NCBI RefSeq assembly: GCF_004010195.1 | Contig: NC_057719.1 | Coordinates: 94,198,659-94,262,658, forward strand | Length of the DNA stretch: 64,000 nucleotides | Reading direction: 5' to 3' | Origin: Chiloscyllium plagiosum | Taxonomy: Eukaryota | In this document: positions 62,383-64,000 of the stretch, in pieces | Layout of the letters: each line of letters opens with the position of its first letter | Numbering within the stretch: the first letter of the stretch is position 1 | Notes under the pieces: model-generated | Told to the model about the DNA's origin: nothing | Databases searched by the model: none | Seen by the model: the letters and a program-made list of their open reading frames with translations, nothing else | Translations under genes and position numbers: made by a program

Positions 62383-62410
62383 GAATGAGGAAAGTGTGTC
62401 CAGCAGGCTA

Positions 62411-62934
62411 GGGTTCCCAGGCGGAAGATGAGGCGCTCTTCCTCCAGGCGTCGTGTTGCTATGGTCTGGCAATGGAGGAGGCCAAGGACCTGCATGTCCT
62501 TGGTGGAGTGGGAGGGGGAGTTGAAGTGTTGAGCCACGGGGTGGTTGGGTTGGTTGGTCCGGGTGTCCCAGAGGTGTTCTCTGAAACGTTCCATAAGTAG
62601 GCGGCCTGTCTCCCCAATATAGAGGAGGCCACATCGGGTGCAGCGGATGCAGTAAATGATGTGTGTGGAGATGCAGGTGAATTTGTGGCGGATATGGAAG
62701 TGTCCCTTGGGGCATTGGAGGGAAGTGAGGGGGGAGGTATGGGCGCATGTTTTGCATTTCTTGCGGTTGCAGGGGAAGATGCCGAGAGTGGAGGTTGAGT
62801 TGGTGGGGGGTGTGGACCTGACGAGGGAGTCACGGAGGGAGTGGTCTTTCTGGAACGCTGATAGGGGAGGGGAGGGGAATATATCCCTGGTGGTGGGGTC
62901 CGTTTGGAGGTGACGGAAATGACGGAGGATGATA
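62411..62934 (-). pseudogene. PLE (Neptune-like) Cys-rich linker + GIY-YIG endonuclease fragment, uninterrupted
   Basis: CNRKKCKTC..FTC..IIYCIRCTRCGLLYIGETGR..RFREH..PVAQHFN..RRLEEERLIFRLGTL. Confidence 0.9.
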
Positions 62935-62977
62935 GAGAAATCAGAGTTAATGGTTAGGGTCGAGTGACCCTTACTCA

Positions 62978-63880
62978 GCACGGAAACAAACCCTTCGGCC
63001 CACCCAGTCCGTGCCAACACTATTCCCAAACTAAACCAGTCCCACCTGCCTGCTCCTGGCCCATCACCCTCCAACACTTTCCTACTCATGTCCTTGTCCA
63101 AATGTCTTTAAAACCCCCAACTCCCTCAGGAAGCTCATTCCACACATGGAGCACCCTCCATGTAATAAAGAATTGCCCCCCCCCCCCCCAATGTCCTTTT
63201 TAAAACCTTCTCCTCTCAACTGCCTCACAGTGCCAGGGAATCGGTTCACTTCCAGCCTTGGACGACTGTCTGTGTGGAGGTTGCTCATTCTCCCCGTGTC
63301 TGCGTGGGTTTCCTCCCATAGACCAGGGATGTGTAGGTTAGGGTGAATTGGCCATGCTAAATTGTCCCATCGTGCCCAGGGATGTGCAGGTTAGGGTGGA
63401 TTGGCCATGCTAAATTGCCCACAGTGTTGAGGGATGTGCAGATTAGGTGCTTTAGTCAGGGGTAAATTTAGGGTAGGGGAAGGGTTTGGATGGGTTAACC
63501 GAGTATCGGTGTGGGCTTGTTGGGCCGAAGGGCCTGTTTCCACACTGTAGGGAATCTATTCTATTAAAAGTATACCCCCCCTAATCATGAACTCCCCCAC
63601 CCTGGGAATAAGGCCTGGGCTGTTCACCTTATCTTCGTTCCCCACTATTTTATAAATATTTATAAGGTCACCCTCAACACCCTACGCTCCATTGGAAGAA
63701 GTCCCAACGTTTCCAGTTTATTTTAATGACTCAAACCCTCCATACCTGGCAACATCCTGGTAAATCTCTCCTGAACCCTCTCCAGTTTAAAAATATCCTT
63801 CCTGTAGCAGGGAGACCGGAACTGGACACAGTATTCCAGAAGGGGCCTCACCAATGTCCTATACGACCCCAACATCCTGT
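62978..63880 (-). mobile_element. CR1 3' fragment with a + strand HE1 SINE nested at ~63219-63563
   Basis: Reverse-complement CR1 flanking a SINE body. Confidence 0.85.
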
Positions 63881-64000
63881 TGGTCGTTAGAGGGAGCTAG
63901 TGGTGGTTATGGTGTTGTCACCTGACATGTCATTGAGGAGCCCAGGCTCATTCCCAGGAGATGTTAGTTCAAATCCCACCCCAGGATTTCTCTTCATCCT

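Noticed and set aside
10332..63563. tRNA genes
   Set aside because: A/B boxes belong to SINE heads; no complete cloverleaf
10332..63563. Insertion hotspot in CR1 3' ends
   Set aside because: CR1 3' ends are the most abundant sequence here, so frequent nesting is expected

Overview
Repeat-dense eukaryotic DNA with six N-gaps. It is most likely an elasmobranch (shark) genome, inferred from HE1-like tRNA-SINEs that share a 3' tail with HER1/CR1-like LINEs. Most of the window is decayed and nested retroelements: CR1 LINEs (one near-full-length), HE1-like SINEs, Deu-domain SINEs, Rex1/Babar fragments, a Gmr1-like Ty3/Gypsy element with two LTRs, solo LTRs and pogo/Tigger-like ends. At least four families of Penelope-like elements (PLEs) are present. 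The most striking signal is a set of minimal hammerhead-ribozyme motifs in PLE termini, together with short (~90-330 bp), mostly TSD-flanked fold-back PLE insertions whose inversion junctions fall in or beside the ribozyme core. Several minisatellites (33, 53, 71 bp) look like amplified internal segments of SINEs. The only well-supported host-gene signal is a minus-strand promoter plus a 70-nt signal-peptide exon (45310-45379), with weaker candidate downstream exons. Nearly all ORFs in the supplied track are TE remnants or repeat artefacts. Family assignments come from motif recognition by eye, not database searches, and most TE boundaries are approximate.
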